NCBI GenBank assembly: GCA_017609465.1
Contig: JAFCDX010000005.1
Location: 1-57,122, forward strand
Source of the DNA: Candidatus Woesearchaeota archaeon
Lineage (GTDB): Archaea; Nanobdellota; Nanobdellia; SCGC-AAA011-G17; JAFCDX01
DNA: 57,122 nucleotides
Direction: 5' to 3'
Shown here: in pieces, positions 46,232-55,256 of the stretch
How the letters are laid out: each line of letters begins with the position of its first letter
How positions within the stretch are numbered: the stretch's first letter is position 1
The notes under the pieces: generated by a model
The model's database searches: none
What the model was told of the DNA's origin: nothing
What the model saw: only the letters and a program-made list of their open reading frames with translations
Position numbers and translations under genes: made by a program

Positions 46232-47149
46232 TTTTTTTATCTTAGCAACAAAAAACCCTTCAGTGTCATTATCTTGAGGCCATATTCTCAAGCATTTTTT
46301 TATTTTCTTGTCATATGTTTTATTTTCAAATTCCAATATAGGATTGCTTCTTTTAATATTTAATTTAATATTCTCAAGTTTTGCATTATCAAATTTTTTC
46401 AATAAAAAATCAATTACCTCCTCATTTTCTTCTGGCTCATTTGAGCATGTTGAGTAAGTCATTATTCCTTTTTCATTCAAGTTATTAAACATTGTAGCTA
46501 TCATTTTTTTCTGCAATCCAGACAAGGATTTTATCATGTTTGGATTCCATGTTTTTACTGTCTTTAGTGATTTTCTTATAACTCCTGTACCTGAGCAAGG
46601 AGCGTCCAATAATATGTAATCAAACTTTTCTTTTATATGTTCGGCTTTTCCCAATGTTACAATTGTATTTAAAACCCCTGACCTTTGAAGATTTATATTT
46701 AAAGCACTCAATCTTCTGTAATCATCATCATTTGCAATAATTATTCCGGTATTTTTCATTATCGATGCTAATTGTGTTGTTTTTGACCCTGGACAAGCGC
46801 ATGCATCCAATACTTTTGAATTCTTTTTTGGATTGAGAACTATGGGGGGAACCATTGAAGCTGCTTCCTGAACATAAAAATATCCAAGAGAATGTTCTCT
46901 CAAATTTCCTATATCTCTTCTCTCTTTTTTCTTATGCTCTATCCAGAAACCTTCTTCATACCAAGGTATTTGCTTCAGGTTCCATTCACTTAATCTTTTT
47001 TTCAATTCAGGAACTGAAATCTTTAATGTGTTAACTCTTATACTTCTTCTCAGAAATTTTGAGGAATATTCCTTGAACTTATCAAAATCAGTTAGCTTTG
47101 AATATCTCTTTATGAATTTATCCTTGAATTTTAAATCAATATCTCCCAT
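46226..47149 (-). CDS. NOL1/NOP2/Sun-family RNA cytosine-C5 methyltransferase
   Basis: 'VLDACACPGSKTTQL' and 'ILLDAPCSGTGVIRK'. Confidence 0.85.
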   Translation of the reverse strand: MGDIDLKFKDKFIKRYSKLTDFDKFKEYSSKFLRRSIRVNTLKISVPELKKRLSEWNLKQIPWYEEGFWIEHKKKERRDIGNLREHSLGYFYVQEAASMVPPIVLNPKKNSKVLDACACPGSKTTQLASIMKNTGIIIANDDDYRRLSALNINLQRSGVLNTIVTLGKAEHIKEKFDYILLDAPCSGTGVIRKSLKTVKTWNPNMIKSLSGLQKKMIATMFNNLNEKGIMTYSTCSNEPEENEEVIDFLLKKFDNAKLENIKLNIKRSNPILEFENKTYDKKIKKCLRIWPQDNDTEGFFVAKIKKL

Positions 47150-47865
47150 ATTATCAACAAGACTCCCACAATTAAGCTATAATAACTAAAAATATAGAAT
47201 TTGTTTTCTTTTATTAACTTTATCAAAAGCATTAATGATAAATAACCAACAATGAACGATGCTGCAAAACCTGCAAGGTTTGTATAATTAAAGCTGAAAT
47301 TGCTTATCTCTACTAATATTGCTCCAAAAAAAGCAGGTATTCCCAATAAAAACGAGAAATTTATTGCATCTCTTTTGTTAATATTTTGCAATAAAGAAGC
47401 ACTTATTGTTGTTCCAGATCTTGATATTCCAGGCAATAATGAAAACATCTGCGCAATACCTACAATAAATGTGTTTTTGTAATTTAACTTATTACCATCT
47501 TTTCTGTTTTTTGTTAAATATAATACCATTGAATTAATTATTAAAAACAACCCAACTAATAATAAGCTTGAAAAAAAGGACTCTACGAAATCATGAAAAA
47601 AATACCCTACAAATCCTATGGGTATGCTTGCCAATAGAATAAAATATAATTTTTTGTTTTTTAGATTTGCTAGATTAAGTATCTCTTTTCTGAAATATAT
47701 TAAAAGAACCAACAAGGTTGCAAAGTGAAGCATGACATAAAAGCTCAGATTACCCTCTAAATTAAATAATTCATTGAATATAACCAAATGTCCTGAAGAA
47801 GATACAGGAAGCCATTCTGTTATACCTTGTACTATGCCCAAGATTATTGATTCAAATAAATTCAT
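47131..47865 (-). CDS. uppP: undecaprenyl-diphosphatase
   Basis: 'GIVQGITEWLPVSSSGHL' and 'PGISRSGTTI'. Start set at MNLFES. Confidence 0.9.
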   Translation of the reverse strand: MNLFESIILGIVQGITEWLPVSSSGHLVIFNELFNLEGNLSFYVMLHFATLLVLLIYFRKEILNLANLKNKKLYFILLASIPIGFVGYFFHDFVESFFSSLLLVGLFLIINSMVLYLTKNRKDGNKLNYKNTFIVGIAQMFSLLPGISRSGTTISASLLQNINKRDAINFSFLLGIPAFFGAILVEISNFSFNYTNLAGFAASFIVGYLSLMLLIKLIKENKFYIFSYYSLIVGVLLIIWEILI

Positions 47866-47913
47866 TATATATAAAAGAAAAGGTTTATATAAAAACTTTA
47901 TCATACATTAAAA

Positions 47914-48498
47914 ATGCTCAAATATTTTATATTGGGATTATTCACCAAGATAATCACAGGTCTTGATGATACTATAACCCACATACCAATTCTTGCAAGT
48001 CTTACCAAAAAAAGATTTGGAAGAATATTATTTTCAATAGGAACTCTTTTTGCCATAATTTTTGCAATTCTAGTTTCATTGTTTTTCTCGATATTAATAA
48101 AACAAATTCCTTTTTACAGATATATAAGTATAGTATTGTTATTGGTACTGGCGGGATTAATTTATTTTGGAGTATTTATTGAAAAACCAAGAAAAAAAGC
48201 AGAATATAAATTAAGACAAAAGAAAATCTCGAGAGAAAAAGGCATTAAATTGTTTGTTATAGGCTTTTTTGCTTCTGTAGCAACTGTTTTGGATGATATT
48301 GTTGTTTATTCCTCGTTGTTTGTAAAGGATTTTTCTGTTGATGTTTATATTATAATTGGGATATTGGTTGCTACAATTCTTGAGATAATAATTGTAATAT
48401 ATTTTTCTAAGAAAATAAGCAAATTAAAATATAAGAAAGAAATTGCGAGTCTTGGTTTAATAGTTCTTGCCTTCTTGATTTTATTTGGAATTATTTAA
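47914..48498 (+). CDS. membrane protein, hypothetical
   Basis: 194 aa with about 5 TM segments. Confidence 0.45.
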   Translation: MLKYFILGLFTKIITGLDDTITHIPILASLTKKRFGRILFSIGTLFAIIFAILVSLFFSILIKQIPFYRYISIVLLLVLAGLIYFGVFIEKPRKKAEYKLRQKKISREKGIKLFVIGFFASVATVLDDIVVYSSLFVKDFSVDVYIIIGILVATILEIIIVIYFSKKISKLKYKKEIASLGLIVLAFLILFGII

Positions 48499-48974
48499 TG
48501 TACCATAAATTTTACTATTTCTCTTTCTCTTTCATCTAATGTAACATATTCAGAAATATGCTCTATTGCCTCATTTATATTGTTGTAATTAATCCATATG
48601 TTTAAGTTTTTTATATGTGGTGCAGGATCTATAGCCCCCTCAGTATAAGGAATAACACTTTTATCCACAATTAAATTTAATCTACCATCAAGAATTAATG
48701 AATCCAATGGCACTTTATATATAAAAGTGTCAAAATGTTTGAAGAATTTAAAAGCAGGAGCTTCATATGATTCTTTCATTGCTCTAATAATCTCATAAGG
48801 GTCCCAATCTTTATTAACTAAAGGAAATATTATATATCTTGTATTTTGTTCTAGGAAATATTTTTCTCTACCTCTTTCAATAATTTTTCTAAAAGTATGA
48901 TCTTCTGAAATTTCTTTATATAATGCCCATCCTTTTGATTCCATTCCTGCAATTATTTCTTGGTCTATATCCAT
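48495..48974 (-). CDS. hypothetical protein
   Basis: 159-aa ORF. Confidence 0.4.
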   Translation of the reverse strand: MDIDQEIIAGMESKGWALYKEISEDHTFRKIIERGREKYFLEQNTRYIIFPLVNKDWDPYEIIRAMKESYEAPAFKFFKHFDTFIYKVPLDSLILDGRLNLIVDKSVIPYTEGAIDPAPHIKNLNIWINYNNINEAIEHISEYVTLDEREREIVKFMVH

Positions 48975-48996
48975 TTTTCATAAATTATTAGTGATT

Positions 48997-49068
48997 TGCG
49001 GTAGCTGGGAATCGAACCCAGATCAAGGCGTTGGCAACGCCCCATAATAACCGTTATACTACTACCGC
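48997..49068 (-). tRNA. tRNA-Gly (GCC), intron-less
   Basis: GCGGTAG...GGGCG-TTGCCAA-CGCCT...CTGGG-TTCGATT-CCCAG CTACCGC A. Confidence 0.85.
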
Positions 49069-49151
49069 ATATTTTTGGAATTTTGTGTTTTTTGTATATA
49101 AACCTTGCGATATATTTAAAAGCTTTTTCCAGTCTAAAATATTATATTAAA

Positions 49152-49733
49152 ATGACGGCACATACTCAAAAATATAAATATAGAAATAGGAGATTAATAT
49201 CCAAAATTAAAGAGAATAATATACCCCTAAGTATGGATGAAAAAAACAAAATTATTACCATAAATTGTCCAATAATATTTCGTAATAATGAAGAACCTTA
49301 TATATTAACTATGAGATCCCTAAAAGATGATAATTATCATATTCCCGGAGGAAAAAAGGAGATTTATGATATAAATGATATTCAGACTGCATCTAGGGAA
49401 ATGTCTGAGGAAACCGGGATTAATATACAAGTTTTAAGAAAGTTTAAGGATTATATAATTGAAATTGAGAGAAAAATCCCAATCTTATATCCTTTATCCG
49501 ATGAAAAATATATTACTAAAAAAGAGAAAAGACTTTTCAAGACGTGGATTGCGGAATATTTAAATGAACTTCCAGATAAACCTACTGATGTAAATTATGA
49601 TGAATTTTATTGGTTAAGTATATTAGAATGTCATGTGCAACCAAGAATAAGTAAATTAGTAATAAAGATATGTGATGATTTATGTAACTATGTTGAAGGC
49701 GATTATGTTAATATTGAGAGATTGTTTAGATAA
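49152..49733 (+). CDS. Nudix hydrolase
   Basis: Nudix box 'PGGKKEIYDINDIQTASREMSEETGI'. Confidence 0.7.
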   Translation: MTAHTQKYKYRNRRLISKIKENNIPLSMDEKNKIITINCPIIFRNNEEPYILTMRSLKDDNYHIPGGKKEIYDINDIQTASREMSEETGINIQVLRKFKDYIIEIERKIPILYPLSDEKYITKKEKRLFKTWIAEYLNELPDKPTDVNYDEFYWLSILECHVQPRISKLVIKICDDLCNYVEGDYVNIERLFR

Positions 49734-49976
49734 TCATAAAAAATTAGAATGACCAAATTGTATTAACAAATCAACATCTTTTAATTCTGGGATATCGCAT
49801 GCTCCAAAGCATGAACTCATCCATATAAAGCATTTTGCTTTTGTGTTTTTTTCTATATAATCATGAATTTCCAGTGCTTTATTCTTTAAACCATCCGGCA
49901 ATTGAATGCAAACTGTTTTTGCCTTTTGTTTTTTTATTTCATCAACAACTTTATTTAATTCCAAATCATATTCCAT
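49734..49976 (-). pseudogene. dph2: N-terminal 80-aa fragment of diphthamide synthase Dph2
   Basis: 'KTVCIQLPDGLKNKALEIHDYIEKN...CFGACDIPELKDVDLLIQFGHS' aligns with the first ~80 residues of archaeal Dph2 (~330 aa). The ORF stops right after GHS and abuts the convergent Nudix gene. Confidence 0.6.
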
Positions 49977-50231
49977 ATATTATAAATTATAATGATATTT
50001 ATAAATTTATAGTTATTTAATAATACCAAACCAAACTAGATAAAGATAATCTAAAAAATATAAGAGAATTATCAGAAAAAGTTGAAAAAAAATGTTAGTA
50101 GAAATGGAAAAATTAGGTTATAAAAGAAAGGAAAAATTAATCATAACATGTCCTTATTCAGATGGTATAATAAGATATGGAATAAGAGAAACTTATAGAA
50201 TTTAAAATATATTTGTTAATTGTAAAAGTTT

Positions 50232-51866
50232 TTAATTTTTAGAGAAGAATGTAAATAATTCACTCAGATTCAATTCAAGACAAGAGACAGGCATTTCCAA
50301 TCCAAAATTGCTAAGAACTTTAGGATGAATTTCTCCTATGTAAGCAACATCCTTTCCTTTAACAGAAACTCTTCCTACTCTCCCTTTTATGAAACTATCA
50401 TGCTCAACATCCTTTATTTCATATTTTAAATTTAATTTATTTAGTAAATAATCAAGAATTTGTTTTATTTTTGTGAAGTTTGTGTCTTTATCACATAATA
50501 GAATTGCCAATCTGTCATTTTCTTCCAAATCTTTCTTAAAAATTGTTCCTATCTCAAATATATTCTGGGGATATTCATTGCTCCTGTTTTTTTCAAGAAC
50601 ATCCATCAAAGAAGGTATCATCCAGCTTCTCAAGGAGTCATATTCATCAGATATTGAATTTTCGAGCATAACATTTTTCATATCAACATTCATTCTTTTA
50701 TTAATATTTGAAGAAACCAAATGATATGTGTTAACTTCCAATAATCTCAAACCTATGAGAATTTCTGATATCTTGTTCTTGAATATTTCAAATCTATCCT
50801 CCTTTGCTATTGTCGCTACTTCAGGAATTTCTTCTTTGAAGTTTTCATAGCCATAAGCTATTGCAATATCTTCTATTAAATCAATTTCAGATATTATGTC
50901 AGCACGATAAGCCGGGATTTTTACAGTATTATTAGAATAATCGTAGCCCATTCTTTCAAGATATTTTTTTATGTCATTTTCCTTTAAATTTAATCCAAGT
51001 ATTTTATTCACATAATCTCTCTTTATTTTCATTTTTTTTGGTGTTAAATCAGGTGTTGTTGTTTTCTTGCTTCCATAATCTAATTCCATAGAATATATTT
51101 TCCCCCCCATGTCTGCCAAAGCACAAACTATTATGTTAAGACATTTTTTAAGAACATCAAAATCAAATCCTGAGCATTCTATGAAAACATCATTTGTCTT
51201 ATGATTTATTTTCCCAGTTTCATGTGAATTTATTATTGGTGGCATGCTTAATATTTTGTTTTCAGAATCCTTGAAAAATGGGAATTTTTTCATTCCTTCC
51301 AATAAATATCCGTATTCTCTTCCTGCACTGTGCATGCTTAATATTTGCAGTCCTGTTATTTCCTTATTATATTCCAAAGGTCTAAATTTAATTTTCTTTG
51401 GATCTTCTGCAAAGAATTTTATAGGGGGTTTTATTTTTTCATAAGGATAAATCCCGATTGCAACTTTTTTCCTGTTTCTTCCGTAAGTTATATGCAGTTT
51501 TTCCTGAATTTGAACCAATTCCTTTATTCTTTCATTATCAAATTTTAAATTTTTTACAATTGCGCATACAGTATAGGGCCTTATATTTTTTAAAGAAGAA
51601 TCAATTGTTACCTTTTCTCCTGATTTTTTAACATCATATCTTCTTAGTCCTTTTTTGTGTCCAATGAAAGAGGAGAAAGCACGAGCAAATCCCTGAACAG
51701 AAAGCATGTCCGGCCTGTTTGGAAAGATTTCAACATTGATTTCATCCTTTTCAATGCCTTCTAAATCTGTTCCCAAATAGGAAATTCTGTCCTTTAATTT
51801 TTCAATAGGCAATTTCTTTCCCACATATTTTTCAAATTCCTTTTTTGAAACTTTTATTGTTGGCAT
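50232..51866 (-). CDS. pheT: phenylalanine--tRNA ligase beta subunit (archaeal type)
   Basis: 544 aa. 'MPTIKVSKKEFEKYVGKK' has an archaeal PheT-like N-terminus. It follows pheS with a 1-nt gap. Confidence 0.93.
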   Translation of the reverse strand: MPTIKVSKKEFEKYVGKKLPIEKLKDRISYLGTDLEGIEKDEINVEIFPNRPDMLSVQGFARAFSSFIGHKKGLRRYDVKKSGEKVTIDSSLKNIRPYTVCAIVKNLKFDNERIKELVQIQEKLHITYGRNRKKVAIGIYPYEKIKPPIKFFAEDPKKIKFRPLEYNKEITGLQILSMHSAGREYGYLLEGMKKFPFFKDSENKILSMPPIINSHETGKINHKTNDVFIECSGFDFDVLKKCLNIIVCALADMGGKIYSMELDYGSKKTTTPDLTPKKMKIKRDYVNKILGLNLKENDIKKYLERMGYDYSNNTVKIPAYRADIISEIDLIEDIAIAYGYENFKEEIPEVATIAKEDRFEIFKNKISEILIGLRLLEVNTYHLVSSNINKRMNVDMKNVMLENSISDEYDSLRSWMIPSLMDVLEKNRSNEYPQNIFEIGTIFKKDLEENDRLAILLCDKDTNFTKIKQILDYLLNKLNLKYEIKDVEHDSFIKGRVGRVSVKGKDVAYIGEIHPKVLSNFGLEMPVSCLELNLSELFTFFSKN

Positions 51867-51867
51867 T

Positions 51868-53355
51868 TTATATCCAGGATTTAATCTCCTTTAATTGTTT
51901 TAAATCATTCTTGTATAAATCTCTAATGTCTTTTATATCGTAATAATCCAAAATGCTTCTCTCCAATCCAAGACCCCAAGCCAATACTACAACCTCTTTA
52001 CCCAATAAAGGTCTTGTAACTTCTGGTCTGAATATTCCACTTCCCCCTAATTCAATCCATTTTTTCTTTATGGGATGATAAACATCAACCTCGGCCGAAG
52101 GTTCTGTGTATGGGAAAAATGCAGGTCTTACTCTTACTTTAGAGAAACCCATCTTTCCGAAAAATTCTTTTAAATACCCAACCAAATTCCTGAAATTTGC
52201 TTTTTCATCCACTACAATACCTTCAACTTGAATTAATTCAAACAAATGTGACCAGTCAACAGCTTCATTCCTGAAATTCTTTCCAACAGCAAAGAATTTA
52301 GCTGGCAAATCCTCTTTTTTTAATTTAGCTAATGTTTTTGCACTTAATACGGTTGTATGTGTTCTTAACACTAATTTCTCTGCTTCTTTAATATCCCATT
52401 TGTATTTCCATGAATTTTCATGAACTTTTTTTACTTTAGGAACAAATTTATCCATATCAATTTTTTTATTTCCTTTTACGAAGAAAGTGTCTTGTAATTC
52501 CCTTGCAGGATGATCTTGTGGAACAAACAAGGCATCAAAATTCCAGAATGAACTTTGAATCAAATTTCCTTTCATTTCCTTGAAACCCATGTCAAGCCAT
52601 ATTTTTTTAATATGTGACTTTGCTTCATTTACAAAATGCCTTCTCCCACCATATATTTTAGGAACTTTTGTCTCAATGTCATATCTCCTGAATTTGTTAT
52701 TTTTCCAGTTTCCAGTTTTTAGCATATTTGGAGTAAGAATTTCAGTAAGATTAAGGTCAAGTTTTTTTCCAACAAGTTTCTTTCCTTTTTTTGTAAGTTC
52801 AAAATTAAAATCCTTTTCCTTTTCTATTTTTATTATATTTTTTCTCTTTTTTAATTGTTGAAATGAGAATTTATCCTCTTTTTTTAATTCATCAACAGGA
52901 ATCCCCATTTTTATCTTTTTTAAGAACAATTCCTCAAGCATATCTTTATTCAATAATTTCTCCCCTTCTTTTGTCAATGTTATGTTGTTTTTATCCATTT
53001 CAATAGCCATCTTTGATTTTAATATTCCCAAAGAAATCTTGAATTCATCATCATCAAGTCCAGATTCCTTTCTTGCTTTGTTGAAATCAGGTTCTTTTTT
53101 TAGGGTTTCTAACAATCTTCTCTCAGGCAATTTATCTTTTATATATCTAAGGCCGTTTTTGTCAAGCTTAACTATTTCCTTTTCTTTTTTGTTTAATTCT
53201 ATTATGTTTTTATTCTCAAGAAATTTCAATGCTCTTAGTAATTCAACATTGTTCATGCTGGTTTTTTTGATTAAATCCTTTAAATTAGAATTATTTTTAA
53301 GTAAAGGCAATATCTTGCGTTCTAGGGGACTAAGACTTTCTATTAACTTATCCAT
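51868..53355 (-). CDS. pheS: phenylalanine--tRNA ligase alpha subunit
   Basis: Class II core 'HPARELQDTFF', 'LRTHTT', 'FRNEAVDWSHLFELIQVEG' and 'GSGIFRPEV'. Confidence 0.93.
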   Translation of the reverse strand: MDKLIESLSPLERKILPLLKNNSNLKDLIKKTSMNNVELLRALKFLENKNIIELNKKEKEIVKLDKNGLRYIKDKLPERRLLETLKKEPDFNKARKESGLDDDEFKISLGILKSKMAIEMDKNNITLTKEGEKLLNKDMLEELFLKKIKMGIPVDELKKEDKFSFQQLKKRKNIIKIEKEKDFNFELTKKGKKLVGKKLDLNLTEILTPNMLKTGNWKNNKFRRYDIETKVPKIYGGRRHFVNEAKSHIKKIWLDMGFKEMKGNLIQSSFWNFDALFVPQDHPARELQDTFFVKGNKKIDMDKFVPKVKKVHENSWKYKWDIKEAEKLVLRTHTTVLSAKTLAKLKKEDLPAKFFAVGKNFRNEAVDWSHLFELIQVEGIVVDEKANFRNLVGYLKEFFGKMGFSKVRVRPAFFPYTEPSAEVDVYHPIKKKWIELGGSGIFRPEVTRPLLGKEVVVLAWGLGLERSILDYYDIKDIRDLYKNDLKQLKEIKSWI

Positions 53356-53439
53356 AGGATTATTGAAGTTTTTTAATATAAAAACCTTTTTATATAATAA
53401 TTGTTTTTAATTTATATAAAAAAACAGTCAAATATCATA

Positions 53440-53904
53440 TTGGGATTATCTTTGATAGTTATATTTGTAATTTTTGTATTGTTTTTTTTGTAACAAATGA
53501 TACTGAAATAAACAATGATAAAAATCTTGAAAAAGAAACTTCTGGCTCTGTTGAAGTTGATGAAGGTTATTATCCAAACATAGTTTCAGGATGGGATAAT
53601 TATGTTTATGTTGTTTATATAAAAAGAGGAGATATTTTTTCAAAGAAATTTTATAATGATTTAAGGCCATTTGGGACAGCCTATTAAATTAACAAACAAT
53701 GGAAACATTAATGAAGTTCAAGTTCAATTCATAGATGAATACATACACATTACTTATTCAGATGATTCTAAAACTTACAAAGCTATTTATTCTCTTGAGT
53801 GGGGAGAAACACAAAAAGAGGAAACCTTAGAGAAATTATCAAGAAGCACTTCTTCTAAAGGATATAATATATATTCAAGTGATGGCTATGTTTATGTAAA
53901 ATAA
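53440..53904 (+). pseudogene. possible frameshifted secreted-protein gene
   Basis: Three consecutive frame segments: the TM-like 'LGLSLIVIFVIFVLFFL', then 'VTNDTEINND...YVVYIKRGDIFSKKFYNDLRPFGTAY', then track ORF 53671..53904. They are joined at a T8 run and near 53668. There is no ATG start. Confidence 0.25.
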
Positions 53905-53905
53905 A

Positions 53906-54150
53906 TTAATATTTTTTGTAAAATTTTTTTCTATGGTTTATTTCAATAACAAATATCTTTAATTTATCTTCTTTAATATCCATTACAATCTTATAATTTC
54001 CAACTCTCAATGCAAAAATAAGGGTTTCCCACAAGTTTTTTTGACATGAGAATGTGGTTTAATTCTACATCTTTTTAATGTTTGAATTATTTTGTTCCTT
54101 AAATTTTTATAATTGTCTTGATGATAGGTTAGATAATATTATAGAATACA
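53906..54150 (-). pseudogene. RelE/ParE-like toxin gene, frameshifted
   Basis: N-terminal frame 'MYSIILSNLSQDNYKNLRNKIIQTLKRCRIKPHSHVKK' and C-terminal frame 'LRVGNYKIVMDIKEDKLKIFVIEINHRKKFYKKY' fit the RelE pattern. They are out of frame (245 nt) around an A7 run. Confidence 0.45.
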
Positions 54151-54308
54151 TTATTTATTTAGTCTCTTTTCTACTTCTTCCAAAGTATAAAACTTTCCTT
54201 ATTTAAATTCTTTTTCAGATTGTTTTATTTTTTTAGTTTCCTCAGATAATTCCATTGTATCTTCTATTAAAGAATTTTCTATTTGATAATTCTTTTTGTA
54301 AAAATTCA
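54150..54308 (-). pseudogene. antitoxin-like ORF with an in-frame TAA
   Basis: '...MELSEETKKIKQSEKEFK*GKFYTLEEVEKRLNK'. Its stop overlaps the toxin ATG (TAATG). The internal TAA is at 54198-54200. Confidence 0.3.
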
Positions 54309-54362
54309 CTAATTTGAATTGTTGTTGCTATAGTAAACTATAGTTTGTTATAATAAACCTTT

Positions 54363-54548
54363 TTATTTCTCTGGCATTATTAACCAAGCAATTATGTAAG
54401 CTATAACAGCTGGGAAGAACCCTGTAAATATGAGTAAAAGAACAAATATTATTCTAACCAATACAGGGTCCACATTCAAATATTCTCCAAAACCACTTAA
54501 AACACCTGCCACAATTCTGTTTTTTCTTGGTCTGTAAAGTCTTCTCAT
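54363..54548 (-). CDS. PspC-domain membrane protein
   Basis: 'RLYRPRKNRIVAGVLSGFGEYLNVDPVLVRIIFVLL'. Start moved to MRRLYRP because the track start lies inside the SRP RNA. Confidence 0.7.
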   Translation of the reverse strand: MRRLYRPRKNRIVAGVLSGFGEYLNVDPVLVRIIFVLLLIFTGFFPAVIAYIIAWLIMPEK

Positions 54549-54561
54549 TTTGAATATTAAT

Positions 54562-54826
54562 GGGCACATCCAGGAATGGAATCAAACCTTAAACATCAGC
54601 AACCCTAATCTTTCCTTGTCTCTGCTACCCTATAAACGTCAAAGATCATGAGTATGGCTGCTGCATTCCTGCCCTGACCAGGTTGGCATAAAGATTGACC
54701 TTATAGGACAGAGAGTCATTGTAGAGATCAGGACTGATATTTAAGATCTAACCCTCTTCCCGGATTTCAACTCTGCCTAAAGCGCATTGACAGTTACAGG
54801 AGCGCGCTAAACTCCCAGTCTAGCCC
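54562..54826 (-). ncRNA. ffs: signal recognition particle RNA (7S/SRP RNA)
   Basis: The minus strand has 5' 'GGGCTAGACTGGGAG...CTCCTGTAAC' (Alu domain) and the helix-8 motif 'GGTCAGGGCAGGAATGCAGCAGCC'. The 3' 'CCTGGATGTGCCC' pairs with the 5' end. Confidence 0.8.
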
Positions 54827-54860
54827 AATTAATTATAGAAATTTTGGTTTATAAAAGTTA

Positions 54861-55256
54861 CTATTGATGTTTCTCACTTAATTCTTTTTTTAATATATTA
54901 TATAATTCTCCATTAATTGTCATATTAATATTGCCTTTATTGATATATCCGGTTGCACCTGCTTTTATAGCGCTTTTTTCTATCTTGTCATAAGAGACAA
55001 TGTAAATTGGGATTTCTTTATATTTTTTAATTGCCCTAACTCTTCTTACAGCTTCAATACCATTTGTATATCCCATAACCTCATCAGTAAATATAATATC
55101 ATAATTATTTTTTATTTTTTTGGATAAATCAGATCCGTCAAAACCTTCATCTATATCCGCTTTTAAATCTAACATTTTCAAATTCCATTTTATATGTCTT
55201 TCAAGAAATTTTAAGTAATTTATATCATCATCCACAATTAATATTTTCTTTTTCAT
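54861..55256 (-). CDS. stand-alone response-regulator receiver (CheY-like) protein
   Basis: 'KILIVDDD', 'DIIFTDEVMGYTNG', 'PIYIVS' and 'GATGYINKG'. Its start overlaps the thermosome stop by 4 nt. Confidence 0.85.
   Translation of the reverse strand: MKKKILIVDDDINYLKFLERHIKWNLKMLDLKADIDEGFDGSDLSKKIKNNYDIIFTDEVMGYTNGIEAVRRVRAIKKYKEIPIYIVSYDKIEKSAIKAGATGYINKGNINMTINGELYNILKKELSEKHQ

Noticed and set aside
50090-50205. 37-aa plus-strand ORF 'MLVEMEKLGYKRKEKLIITCPYSDGIIRYGIRETYRI' between the dph2 fragment and pheT.
   Set aside because: It is too short, has no motif or ribosome-binding site, and could be random.
53446-53670. 74-aa minus-strand ORF rich in Q/L/Y/K/H.
   Set aside because: It is a low-complexity antisense frame of the plus-strand frameshifted gene fragments.
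53906-54308. The internal stop codons or frame break in the toxin-antitoxin pair might indicate stop-codon reassignment or programmed recoding.
   Set aside because: TAA, TAG and TGA all terminate well-conserved genes at the expected positions elsewhere in the window (for example tuf, EF-2, thrS and pheS), so ordinary pseudogenisation is the simpler explanation.
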